Positions 34,039-42,957 of a stretch of DNA of 64,000 bases are shown piece after piece; within the stretch, counting starts at the first letter, position 1, and each line of letters starts with the position of its first letter. The notes beneath the pieces were generated by a model that did not search any database, was not told where the DNA came from, and saw only the letters and a list, made by a program, of their open reading frames with translations. The position numbers and the translations under genes were made by a program. This DNA is from Acidobacteria bacterium RIFCSPLOWO2_12_FULL_68_19 (GTDB lineage Bacteria; Acidobacteriota; Vicinamibacteria; Vicinamibacterales; UBA2999). The stretch covers positions 4,682 to 68,681 of the forward strand of contig MELF01000023.1 of the NCBI GenBank assembly GCA_001767525.1, in the 5' to 3' direction.

Positions 34039-35169
34039 ATGGGCTCCACGCCAAGGCTGTCGGCGCGCGATTTCGACGCGCTCTGGCGGCTGGTGCACGA
34101 CCTGCACGGCGTGCTCGAGCCGGAGGCGTTCGTCCGTCTCGTCCTCGTCCAGCTCCCGGCGCTGATTCCCTCCGAGATCACCACGTTCGACGAGATGTGC
34201 CCGTCCACGGGCGCGTCCCGTCACTGGGTTGCGCCGGAAGCCGCCGTTCCGCTCGGTCTGATCTCCATCTGGCAGCAGGTCATGCACGAGCATCCGGTGC
34301 TCGCCTACATGCTGCGGACCGGCGACTCGAGCGCGTACAAGATCTCCGACTTCTCAACCCGGCGACAGTTCCGCGACTCGACGTTCTACAACGAGTGGTA
34401 CCGGCGGATCGGCGTCGAGCACGCGTTGAACACGTCGGTGGCTGCCTCTCTTGCCGACGGGCTCGTCGTCGGGCTCGGCCTGCACCGGCGCGATCCGGAT
34501 TTCACCGAGCGCGACCGGACGATGCTCAACCTGCTGCGGCCGCACCTGGTGCAGGCGTACCAGAACTCGCTCGTCGTGTCCGGGCTGACCTCCGTCATCG
34601 ACGGCCGGCACAACGGCGCCGTCGTGCTCGGTCGCGACGGACGCGTCCTGGCGGCGACGCCGGCGGCCCGGGCGGCGCTGAACGCGTTCTTCGAGCGCAA
34701 CGGCCGGGATGCGGCGCGGCTGCCCGAACCGATCGAACGCTGGCTGACGGCGCAAATGAAGGAGTTCGGGTCGAAGGACCGGCTGCCCGTGCCGCATCTG
34801 CCGCTCACGGTCGACGGCCCGCGCGGACGGCTCGTCGTGCGCCTCCTCGACTCGGCTGCCGGACCGGTACTCCACCTGACGGAGGAGCGCCACTCCATTC
34901 CCCCCGAGGCGCTCGACGAGTGGAAGCTCACGGCTCGCGAGGCCGAGGTGCTGACGTGGCTGGTCGAAGGCAAGACGAACGCCGAGATTGCCGTCATCCT
35001 GAGCGTCCGGGCCCGCACCGTGGACAAGCACTGCGAGCGGGTGTACCAGAAGCTCAGCGTCGAGAACCGGACGGCGGCGGTGCGGTATGTGCTGGACCGT
35101 GCGCCGGCGGTCGTGCGGCCGCTGCACCCGACGCATGTGGCCTCGCCGGGCGGCCGAGGCAACGCATGA
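34039..35169 (+). CDS. LuxR-family transcriptional regulator with N-terminal sensor region
   Basis: Start at MGSTPRLSARDFDALWRLVHDLHGVL (ATG 34039). C-terminal LTAREAEVLTWLVEGKTNAEIAVILSVRARTVDKHCERVYQKLSVENRTAAV. Confidence 0.85.
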   Translation: MGSTPRLSARDFDALWRLVHDLHGVLEPEAFVRLVLVQLPALIPSEITTFDEMCPSTGASRHWVAPEAAVPLGLISIWQQVMHEHPVLAYMLRTGDSSAYKISDFSTRRQFRDSTFYNEWYRRIGVEHALNTSVAASLADGLVVGLGLHRRDPDFTERDRTMLNLLRPHLVQAYQNSLVVSGLTSVIDGRHNGAVVLGRDGRVLAATPAARAALNAFFERNGRDAARLPEPIERWLTAQMKEFGSKDRLPVPHLPLTVDGPRGRLVVRLLDSAAGPVLHLTEERHSIPPEALDEWKLTAREAEVLTWLVEGKTNAEIAVILSVRARTVDKHCERVYQKLSVENRTAAVRYVLDRAPAVVRPLHPTHVASPGGRGNA

Positions 35170-36206
35170 AGCCGCCCGGTCTCACCTCGATGGCGGCGCT
35201 GTGCCTCCTGTGCCTGCAGGCCGGGCCGAGCGACGCCCGCGGGCAGGCCGCACAGGCGCCGGTCGCCGCCGGGACCGCGAGCGAAATCGCCGGCGTGGTG
35301 AGAGGCGGCGCGGCAATCGACCAAGTCCTGACCGGATTCAACGGACTCGACGATCCCATCGGGCTCACCGACGGGACGCTCGTCTTCTCCGAGCCTGGCG
35401 CCGGCCGCCTCCACCGGCTGAACCCGCAGACCGGCGAGGTCTCGGTGCTGGTGGCCGACTCGAACGAATCACACGGGGTGACCGAGGACGCCCGGGGACG
35501 CCTGATCTCGGCGCAGGCATGGGATGGATCGACGCGCATCGGCGTGATCTATCCGCCAGGCAGCGTGGCGACGCTCGCGGACAGCTACGACGGGCAGCCG
35601 TTCAGCCGGCCGAACGATCTCGTCGCGGCCAGAAGCGGCGGCGTCTACTTCACCGATCCCGGGCTGACCAGGCAGCAGGCGGACGCGCTGGTGAAGCGGC
35701 TCGGCAGGCCGCTCGGGCCGCGGCTGCCGCCGGCGGTGTACTACATCCCGCCCGGCGGCCGCGCCATCCGGATCGAGGTCACGATGATCCGGCCCAACGG
35801 GATTCAGTTGAGCCGCGACGAAAAGGTGCTCTACGTCAGCGACTCGAACGGGACCGAGGTGATTGCCTGGGACATTCAGGGGGACGGCCTGGTGCGCAAC
35901 CGGCGTCCCTTCGGCACGCTCACGGGGCGCAGCGCCCGCGACAACGGCCTCGGCGGCGTGCCGACCTTCGCCGACGGGATGACGATCGACAACGACGGCC
36001 GCCTCTACGTCGCCACCGGCGGCGGCGTCGAGGTGCTCGGCGCCGAGGGGCGGCACCTCGGCACGATTCCGGTGAAGTGCCCGCCGGCGGACTGTCAGAA
36101 TCTCGCCTTCAGCGGCCCGGAGAAGCGCACGCTCTACATTGCCGGCGCCGGCTCGCTCTACCGGGTGCAGATGATCGCGCGCGGATTCGCCGGCCGGGCC
36201 AAGTAG
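35166..36206 (+). CDS. SMP-30/gluconolactonase/LRE-family protein
   Basis: ATGA overlap with the upstream regulator. Signal peptide. FSRPNDLVAARSGGVYFTDP, IRPNGIQLSRDEKVLYVSDS, ADGMTIDNDGRLYVA and NLAFSGPEKRTLYI are typical propeller blades. Confidence 0.85.
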   Translation: MKPPGLTSMAALCLLCLQAGPSDARGQAAQAPVAAGTASEIAGVVRGGAAIDQVLTGFNGLDDPIGLTDGTLVFSEPGAGRLHRLNPQTGEVSVLVADSNESHGVTEDARGRLISAQAWDGSTRIGVIYPPGSVATLADSYDGQPFSRPNDLVAARSGGVYFTDPGLTRQQADALVKRLGRPLGPRLPPAVYYIPPGGRAIRIEVTMIRPNGIQLSRDEKVLYVSDSNGTEVIAWDIQGDGLVRNRRPFGTLTGRSARDNGLGGVPTFADGMTIDNDGRLYVATGGGVEVLGAEGRHLGTIPVKCPPADCQNLAFSGPEKRTLYIAGAGSLYRVQMIARGFAGRAK

Positions 36207-37586
36207 CTACCGGGTCGCCCGCGCCCCGGTCCATTTCGCCCGCAGCGCCGCGCGGTCCACCGCCTGCCCGCGAAGATAGACGGCGTTGATGCGGCGTGTG
36301 TTGTGGATGTTCTCGAGCGGGTTCGCGTCGAGCACGATGAAGTCGGCGCTCTTGCCCGCGGCCACCGTGCCGAGCCGGTCGAGCCCGAGAATCTCCGCCG
36401 AGTTGCGGGTGGCCACGGTGATGGCCTCCTCCGGCGTCAGCCCCGCCTCCACCATGCTCGCCATCTCCATGTGCGAGCCGAACCCGAAGTACTGCGCGCC
36501 GTTGGTGGCCCCGGCGTCGTCGCCGAGGCCGAAGCGCACGCCCGCCGCCTTCAGCCTGGCCACGCCGCGCGGCACCACCCCCGCCTTCCAGCGCGCCGGC
36601 GCGTCCGGGGGCACCTTCGGGTTCTCCAGCAGCCGGATGTCCTCCTCGGTGAACGTTTCGCGCAGCAGCGGATCGTCGATCCACGCCGGCCGCGGACCGA
36701 AGATCTGGTTGCGCGTGCCCCAGAGCGTCAGCAGCACGAAGACGTGGGGCCGCGCCTTGACGAGCGCCACCAGCTCGTCATCGACCTCCTGGCCGAGCCG
36801 CCACGGCGGGTGCGCCAAGCCGTCGATCCCGGCGCGAAGGATCGCCTTCACGTCCTCGCGGTCCTGCGTGTGGGTGATCGTCCGCAGCCCGAGCCTGTGC
36901 GCCTCGTCTATCGCCGCGGTGAAGAGCTCCGGCGTCAGCTTCCTGACCTGCCCCTCGCGGTCGTCCACCCAGATCTTGACGTAGCGATCGATCTGCTTCG
37001 ACCCGAGCTCGCGCACGGCGGCGCGCGCCTCCTCCGGCGTCGATACGCCGTACGGCGCATCCCGCAGCGGCGGCGCCGGCCCGCCGCTCGGCATCGCCAG
37101 CCCGCGGCCCGCCGTCAGGAAGAGCGCCATGCCGGCCGGGGGCGCTGCGCGCAGCTCGTCCCGCAGCGCGTAGCCGAGGTCGCGCTCGGTGCCCATGCTC
37201 ATGAACGCCGCCACGCCGTGGTAGGCCAGTCGCTGCAGGTGATCCAGCAGGTTCTCCCGCGTGTAGTTCTCCACGAGAAAGCTCGCGCTCCGGCGGTAGC
37301 CGAGATGCCCGTGGGCGTCGATGATGGCCGGCATCACGGTCTTGCCCGCGAGGCTCACCCGCAAGGCGCCCTCCGGCGCCTGCACGTCGGCCGCGCGCCC
37401 CACCTGGGCGAACGCGCCACCTTCCACCACGAACACCGCGTTCTCGATCGGCGGACGCTCGTCGCCGACGATGAGCCGGGCCCCCTCGAAGAGCACGGCG
37501 CTCGACCGCGGCGCGGCCGGGGGCGGCGCGCAGCCGGAGAGCACGAGCAGTGCCGAGACGATCAGCGCGATGGTGTGGACAGCCAT
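36207..37586 (-). CDS. amidohydrolase-family metallohydrolase (lipoprotein)
   Basis: Lipobox LVLSGC. VMPAIIDAHGHLGY. C-terminal DFIVLDANPLENIHNTRRINAVYLRG. Paralog of 50167-51633. Confidence 0.85.
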   Translation of the reverse strand: MAVHTIALIVSALLVLSGCAPPPAAPRSSAVLFEGARLIVGDERPPIENAVFVVEGGAFAQVGRAADVQAPEGALRVSLAGKTVMPAIIDAHGHLGYRRSASFLVENYTRENLLDHLQRLAYHGVAAFMSMGTERDLGYALRDELRAAPPAGMALFLTAGRGLAMPSGGPAPPLRDAPYGVSTPEEARAAVRELGSKQIDRYVKIWVDDREGQVRKLTPELFTAAIDEAHRLGLRTITHTQDREDVKAILRAGIDGLAHPPWRLGQEVDDELVALVKARPHVFVLLTLWGTRNQIFGPRPAWIDDPLLRETFTEEDIRLLENPKVPPDAPARWKAGVVPRGVARLKAAGVRFGLGDDAGATNGAQYFGFGSHMEMASMVEAGLTPEEAITVATRNSAEILGLDRLGTVAAGKSADFIVLDANPLENIHNTRRINAVYLRGQAVDRAALRAKWTGARATR

Positions 37587-38542
37587 TCCTTTGCGAGCTC
37601 GCTGTAGGTGTTCGCCCCAGTGATTCGGCCGAGCAGCTCCGGCGCGAGCGGCGGCCGGCTCGACACCTCGCCATTGTCCTTCAGTTCACGAAAGATTGCG
37701 TCGCACAGCGCCAGCGCGGCGCTCGAGACGATGTTCGGGTAGATGTTGACCTTCATGCGGGTGCCCGCCAGGTGCGTCTTCGGCACGCCAATTCCGAGCA
37801 CCGGAACCGGCACCTCCCGGGCGATGCGGTTGATCGTCTCGGCGCTCATGCCGGTGAAGCTGTTCATGACGATGTCGGCGCCCGCCTGGGCAAACGCGAC
37901 GCCCCGGCGGATCACCGTGTCCGGATCCTCCGCGACCGTGCGGCCGATGACGACGAAGTCGCGGACGGTGCGCGCCTCGACGGCCGCCTGCAGCCGCTCG
38001 CGCATCTGCTCCACCGGCTGCAGCTCGGTGGTCGTCGGCCCGCCCGGACCCGCCCACGTCTCCATCTTCTTCGGGTTCCGGCTGTCCTCGATGTGCAAGG
38101 CGGCGATGCCGGCCCGCTCGTACAGTTGCACCGTCCGGTACACGTTCAGCGACGTCTCACCCGCCTGGTCGGCGTCGACGATGGCGGGGATCGACACCTC
38201 GCGTGCGATGCGGCCGGCGATCTCCACCATGTCGGTCGTCGTGATGACGCCCCAGTCGGGCACGCCGAGGTAGGTCATCGACATCATGTTGCCGCCGATG
38301 TAGATGGCGTCGAACCCACGCGCCTCGGCGAGCTTGCCGGCGATGACGGTGTAGGCCTCCGGGGCGATGACGAGCCCGGGGCGCTCGAGCAGCGCCCGGA
38401 GCCGGCCGGCCGGCGCGCCTGGTGCGGCCGATGACGTCTGCGCCGCAGCGGCGGCAGACGGCGTGCTCCCGAGGGCGAATACTCCGCCCGCGGCCGCGCC
38501 CGCCCGCTGCAGGAAATCGCGGCGGGATGATGAACTCTCCAT
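37562..38542 (-). CDS. isocitrate lyase/PEP mutase-family enzyme with twin-arginine signal
   Basis: MESSSSRRDFLQRAGAAAGGVFALG is a Tat motif (SRRDFL). IVDADQAGETSLNVYRTVQLYERAGIAALHIEDS is the ICL/PEPM (PrpB-like) barrel signature. Confidence 0.8.
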   Translation of the reverse strand: MESSSSRRDFLQRAGAAAGGVFALGSTPSAAAAAQTSSAAPGAPAGRLRALLERPGLVIAPEAYTVIAGKLAEARGFDAIYIGGNMMSMTYLGVPDWGVITTTDMVEIAGRIAREVSIPAIVDADQAGETSLNVYRTVQLYERAGIAALHIEDSRNPKKMETWAGPGGPTTTELQPVEQMRERLQAAVEARTVRDFVVIGRTVAEDPDTVIRRGVAFAQAGADIVMNSFTGMSAETINRIAREVPVPVLGIGVPKTHLAGTRMKVNIYPNIVSSAALALCDAIFRELKDNGEVSSRPPLAPELLGRITGANTYSELAKEWLSTPSR

Positions 38543-38705
38543 GGGGACTCCTGCAGGCTCAGTGCCTGAATACGGACTGCGGCGTGGTGAACACCGCGCG
38601 GTTCTCGCGCGGCAGGGATTGGGTGGGGTACATCAGCTCGTCGATCGTGTTCGGGAGGGTGGACGTCCCGACGTCCACCCTCCTCCAGGAGAGCCGCCCC
38701 GACAA

Positions 38706-40883
38706 CTACCTGGCGAGCGGGTTGGGACGGATCTGGAAATGGACCGCCTTGCTCGTCGCGCCCTTGCCACCCTCGTAGTGCCACGGGTTATAGCTCCCGT
38801 AGTTCGCCCACAGGCCGCGCCCCTTCCAGCCGCCCTTCGGATCGTCTATGCGACCCTCGACGCCGCGATGGTAGAAGCCCATCGGGTAGGGGACGCGGAG
38901 CACGACGAACTTCCCGCCGACGAGCGCGAGCAGCGCGTCCGAGTAGGAGCCGGTGGCAATCGGGACGTTCCGGCCGAGGCCGAGCGTGTCGAACTGATCC
39001 ACCCAGTTGTAGTAGAGCATGTCGGCGTTCGACTCGTCGCCGACCCCCTTGAAGTTCGGACCCGGCGTCAGGTACAGCGACCACCCCTCGGGGCAGTGCT
39101 GCCCGGTCGCCGCCGGGCCGTTCAGCACCGTGCACTTCCGCCGATCGAAGCTCGCCAGGTGGCTGCTCCCGGCGAGCGCGGTCCAGACGACCCCGTTGCG
39201 ATCGATGTCGATGCCGCGCGGCAGGTACGCGCTGACCCGCGACCGCGGGTTGTTGAACGGCGGCTCGTACACCTCGGCGAGCGCGGTGGCCGCCGGATTC
39301 GGACCCGGCACCACCCGGATGATGGCGCCGGGCACGCCCGGCGCCGCCGTCCAGACCGAGCCGTCGACCGGGCTCGGGATCACGCCGTAGCTCCCGCCCT
39401 GGATCCGCTTGTCCCTGGCGGGATCGATCGGATCGTTCGGCTCCACGTAGGCGTCGCGCCGGCCGTTGCCGTTCGTGTCGATGACGTAGGGCGTCCATCC
39501 CTGGGCCCGCTGGGCGTCGCCGGTCTCGTCGTAGAGCTTCGTGTTGAACCAGCCGAGCACCTGCCGGCCGGCGCTGTTGCCGCTGCTGAACCAGAGCGTG
39601 TGGTTCGGGTCCTCGCCGAACTGCAGGTGGTGCGTCGTGAAACAGGTGTCGATGAAGGTGAACTGCTTCGTCTTCGGGTCGTACAGCGACAGATGACGGC
39701 CCGACTCATCGAGCGGGAATTGCTGCGCCGACGGATGGCTCGATCCGGCCTTGCAGAACGCGGGGTTGTTGCCGCCGCGGATCGCGTGCGTGAGCCACAC
39801 GCGCCCCGTCTGGTCCATCATCGGGTTGTGCAGGCTCGGGCGGCTCGCCCAGATGACCTCCTCGCCCCAGTAGGGCGACGGCTGCACCACCTTCTGCGGC
39901 GTCGCAAACGGCGTGTCCGGGTCGCGCACCGGCACGGTCACACCCGTGGCCGTGTGCCGCACCGGATCGAGGATGTTCATCTCGGGCGCGCTGAAGCGCG
40001 AAATGCTGTAGACCAGGCCGTTCGGGTTGAGCGTCGGGTTGCGCTTGTCGGTGGAGATCGTGTCGTGCACGAACCCGCGGTCCGTGTTCCAGTCCCACAT
40101 GCTGATCACGACGTTCCGCTCGGCGCCCTGGGGCCGCGGCGGCGCCTGCGGTACCTCGCCGGCGGCGATGCGGTCGGTCCAGTCGGCGTACATCGCCAGG
40201 GCGCGCGTGCGGCCCATCCGCGTGACCGTCCCGTACATGTTGGAGCCGATCTGGCCCGACTGCAGCCGCCGCTCCCAGGCGGCGGTCGAGGAATCGAACA
40301 CGCCGAGGCTCTTCGGGAACTCCCGCGTCGCCTTGCTGCCGATCTGGTGGCACGCGCCGCATCGCATCTCCGTCAGCCAGTCGGCCTGGGTCCGCATCGC
40401 CGGCGCGATGCCGTTCCCCTTGTCGCCGGTGCCAGGGAACTCGTGCTTGCCGGGCGGCTGCGCGAGGGCGTACCAGTAGCTGGACGGGTAGTACTCCGCC
40501 GCGGCGCGCGGTGTCGGGGCGGCAACGGCCGTGAGGTTCAGTTGCCGGCCCGGCCGGGCCTGGACCTTCGGCGAGTCGACCAGCCCGTACCCGCGCACCC
40601 ACACGTCATAGTTCGCAGCCGGCAGGTCGGGCACGACGTAGCGGCCGCGGTCGTCGGTGACGACGATTCGCGCGAACTTCGTCGGGAGGTCGCGGGTTTC
40701 CGCGATCACCCAGACGCCCGCCTCTGGGCCGCGTGCGCCGGCGACGACCCCTCCGATGTCATCGCTGTCGATCGGGACGGCGCCGCCATTCACCTGCGAG
40801 GCGGAGGTCGCCACGAGCGACATCATGAGAAACACGACGAGGCCCCAGCCGAGCGGCCCCAGGGACGGCAGTCGCTTGCGCAT
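38706..40883 (-). CDS. carboxypeptidase-regulatory-like domain protein with CXXCH heme motif
   Basis: Signal peptide. VWVIAETRDLPTKFARIVVTDDRGRYVVPDLPAANYDVWVRGYG (CarboxypepD_reg-like). MRCGACHQIG (CXXCH). Long propeller-like C-terminus. SD AGGAGGG. Confidence 0.7.
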   Translation of the reverse strand: MRKRLPSLGPLGWGLVVFLMMSLVATSASQVNGGAVPIDSDDIGGVVAGARGPEAGVWVIAETRDLPTKFARIVVTDDRGRYVVPDLPAANYDVWVRGYGLVDSPKVQARPGRQLNLTAVAAPTPRAAAEYYPSSYWYALAQPPGKHEFPGTGDKGNGIAPAMRTQADWLTEMRCGACHQIGSKATREFPKSLGVFDSSTAAWERRLQSGQIGSNMYGTVTRMGRTRALAMYADWTDRIAAGEVPQAPPRPQGAERNVVISMWDWNTDRGFVHDTISTDKRNPTLNPNGLVYSISRFSAPEMNILDPVRHTATGVTVPVRDPDTPFATPQKVVQPSPYWGEEVIWASRPSLHNPMMDQTGRVWLTHAIRGGNNPAFCKAGSSHPSAQQFPLDESGRHLSLYDPKTKQFTFIDTCFTTHHLQFGEDPNHTLWFSSGNSAGRQVLGWFNTKLYDETGDAQRAQGWTPYVIDTNGNGRRDAYVEPNDPIDPARDKRIQGGSYGVIPSPVDGSVWTAAPGVPGAIIRVVPGPNPAATALAEVYEPPFNNPRSRVSAYLPRGIDIDRNGVVWTALAGSSHLASFDRRKCTVLNGPAATGQHCPEGWSLYLTPGPNFKGVGDESNADMLYYNWVDQFDTLGLGRNVPIATGSYSDALLALVGGKFVVLRVPYPMGFYHRGVEGRIDDPKGGWKGRGLWANYGSYNPWHYEGGKGATSKAVHFQIRPNPLAR

Positions 40884-40951
40884 ACGCTCTGACCCTCCTG
40901 CAGTCAGCGGCGACGATACACCCGCGGAACTCGACGGTCAATCGGCCGGCC

Positions 40952-41052
40952 GGTAGCCGGTAGGCGGTAGCCGGTAGGCAAGGCGCAAGCATTCACTGCC
41001 AACTCCCAACCGCCAACTCCCAACGCCCAACTGCCTACCGGCTACCAGCTAG
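40952..41052. repeat. GGTAGC/GCTACC palindromic intergenic element (REP-like), copy 1
   Basis: GGTAGCCGGTAGGC occurs twice at 40952-40979. The inverted partner TGCCTACCGGCTACCAGCTAG is at 41032-41052. The loop carries three CCAACTCCCAAC-like units. The right arm overlaps the stop codon of the MBL gene. Confidence 0.7.
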
Positions 41053-42591
41053 TTGGTCGCCGGCTGCCCGACGATCTTCACGAACTCGTCGTTGGTGCCG
41101 ACGCGCCCGTGGATCGGCACGTGCTGCGCCACGTCGAGCCGCAGCCGCTGGATCGTCTGCTGGAGCGCCCGCATGTTCGGGTTGGGCATTGGCAGCGGCG
41201 CGCCCTGCGCCGGCGGCGAGTACAGATCCGCGTTCAGCAGGATCCGCTCGCGCGGCAGGTGCACGACGAGCATCGTCGCGGCGTGGTTGAGCCCCTGCAC
41301 GGGATGGACGTCCATCGTGCGCGTGCCGTCGCTGATGACGTACTTCTGATTGACCAGCTCGAACACCGGATCCCGGACCTGGTCGGGGTTGACGAGGAAG
41401 AGCCGATCGGGCTGGAGCGTCCGCGGCGCCGGCGAGAAGTGCACCTTCTCGTAGAACTCGCGGTTGGCCTGGTGGGTGACAATCGCCGCCCCTTCGGCCA
41501 CGAACGGGCGCATGCCGCCCGAGTGGTCGAAGTGGTGGTGCGTGTTCACGAGATAGCGGATCGGCTTCTTCGGGGCGAGCCGGTACGCCTCCGCAATCAC
41601 CGCGAGACCGCGCTCCTCGTTGAGTGGTCCCTCGACGACCGCGACGAAGTCGCGGAACTCGACGGCCATGCTGTTGTGGGAACCGCCGCCGATGTACCAG
41701 ACGCCCTCGGCGAGCTTCTGCGACTCCACGCGGGACAGCGGCGGCGCCGGCGCCTTCACCGCGTCGGGCGCCGCCACCACCTGCACGGGCGCGTTCGCCT
41801 GGACGGCGCTCACCTGGATCTCCATCGTGTTGTGCCCCGGGTTCAGCCGATCGTCGCCCTGATGGTGATGCAAGACCGACGGGAACTTCACGCTGCCGAA
41901 CTGCTTGTACGGACCGTAACGCGTCTCGTACAGCAGGTCGCCGAAGGCCGGGTTGGCCACGCGCGTCTGCACGAACTCGACCTCGTTGCGATCGTTGATC
42001 GTCGCGGTGACGCGGTACTTGCCGAGCGCCGTGATCGAGACGTTCGTCACCTGCCGGCCCCGCGGCATCGACGTCACGACCGTTGGATTCGCGCCCTGCG
42101 CCAGCGCCGCTTTGACGAACCCGTGCGGCGTCATGATGATGTCGAGCTGCCGCTGCTCCGCCACCGGCAGGCCGTCGAGATATCCCCGCACGATCGGCTG
42201 GGGCATGGTCCCCTGCATGTTCCACGCGACGTTGCCGCTGACCAGGAAGTCGAGCCGCTGCTCGCCCTGAATCGGCGTACCGCCGCCGCCGCGCGGCGGA
42301 TAGTTCCCCTGCCGCCGCGTGACCTGCTCGCGGGAGAAGCGCGCGCCGAAATCGATCGCCTTGGTGTAGCTCGTCACCTCGAACTTCGGCCAGTCGTCAG
42401 AGGGACTGAAGCTCTGACCTGGAGCCGCGTTCCATCCGGTCCCGGAGATCTGGAGCGTCGTCAGATTGTCGGCGCCGATGTTCTTCGCCACGGCCTGCAG
42501 GAGGGCCCGGCCGTCCTGCGCGCCCACGCTCCCGACCATCAGCGCCAGCAACGCCGACACAGTGATTAGTCTGGTTGCCACGTCCGCCTCC
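41049..42591 (-). CDS. MBL-fold metallo-hydrolase (exported)
   Basis: GTG 42591 preceded by GAGGAGG. Signal peptide VATRLITVSALLALMVGSVGAQ. Metal motif NTHHHFDHSGG. The track N-terminal extension to 42923 is rejected. Confidence 0.8.
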
Positions 42592-42757
42592 TCTCTTGTG
42601 ATAGCCGCATAACTATGCCTGAAGCCCTCCGCGGTGGGAAGGCCCAGAACGCCCGCGGCCGTTGGGCCGCTATGCGGACCGGAACGCGAATTTCGTACTC
42701 GTTGCGTCCGCCCGCATAGCGGTCCCAGCCGCGCGACGCGCGGCAGAAGAGACTGGC

Positions 42758-42838
42758 AACCAGCCAAGGGGTTCCGCGGGGATATCAAGGGGCGGAGCCC
42801 CTTGGCTGGTTTGACAGGGGGGACACGCCGGGTATACT
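42758..42838 (+). promoter_or_regulatory. 14-bp perfect inverted repeat abutting a near-consensus sigma70-type promoter
   Basis: AACCAGCCAAGGGG (42758-42771) and CCCCTTGGCTGGTT (42798-42811). TTGACA (42811-42816), a 16-nt spacer, then TATACT (42833-42838). Located upstream of 42958. Confidence 0.45.
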
Positions 42839-42957
42839 CCGACCCGGACGAAGGGGGATCGATGAACCGGAACACGCTCCGCCTCAGCCAGGAGTTCATC
42901 CTCGCCGACCGGCGAGACGTCACGTCGCGGGAATCCGGCGCAAGTCCGGTGGACTAA

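Noticed and set aside
40995-41034. Three tandem CCAACTCCCAAC-like units, considered as a mini CRISPR or tandem-repeat locus.
   Set aside because: The units are about 13 nt, directly abutting with no spacers, and lie inside the loop of a palindromic REP-like element. No cas genes are present, so this is not a CRISPR array.
41049-42923. N-terminal extensions of several track ORFs. They are MBL hydrolase to 42923, VOC protein to 25473, CoxG to 55840, NHL protein from 53936, LuxR2 from 33667, RES toxin to 19336, UPF0175 to 11272 and HYR protein to 33275.
   Set aside because: The extensions are Arg/Pro-rich, overlap neighbouring genes or repeat elements, and precede internal starts. Those internal starts have SD sequences, signal peptides or canonical family N-termini.
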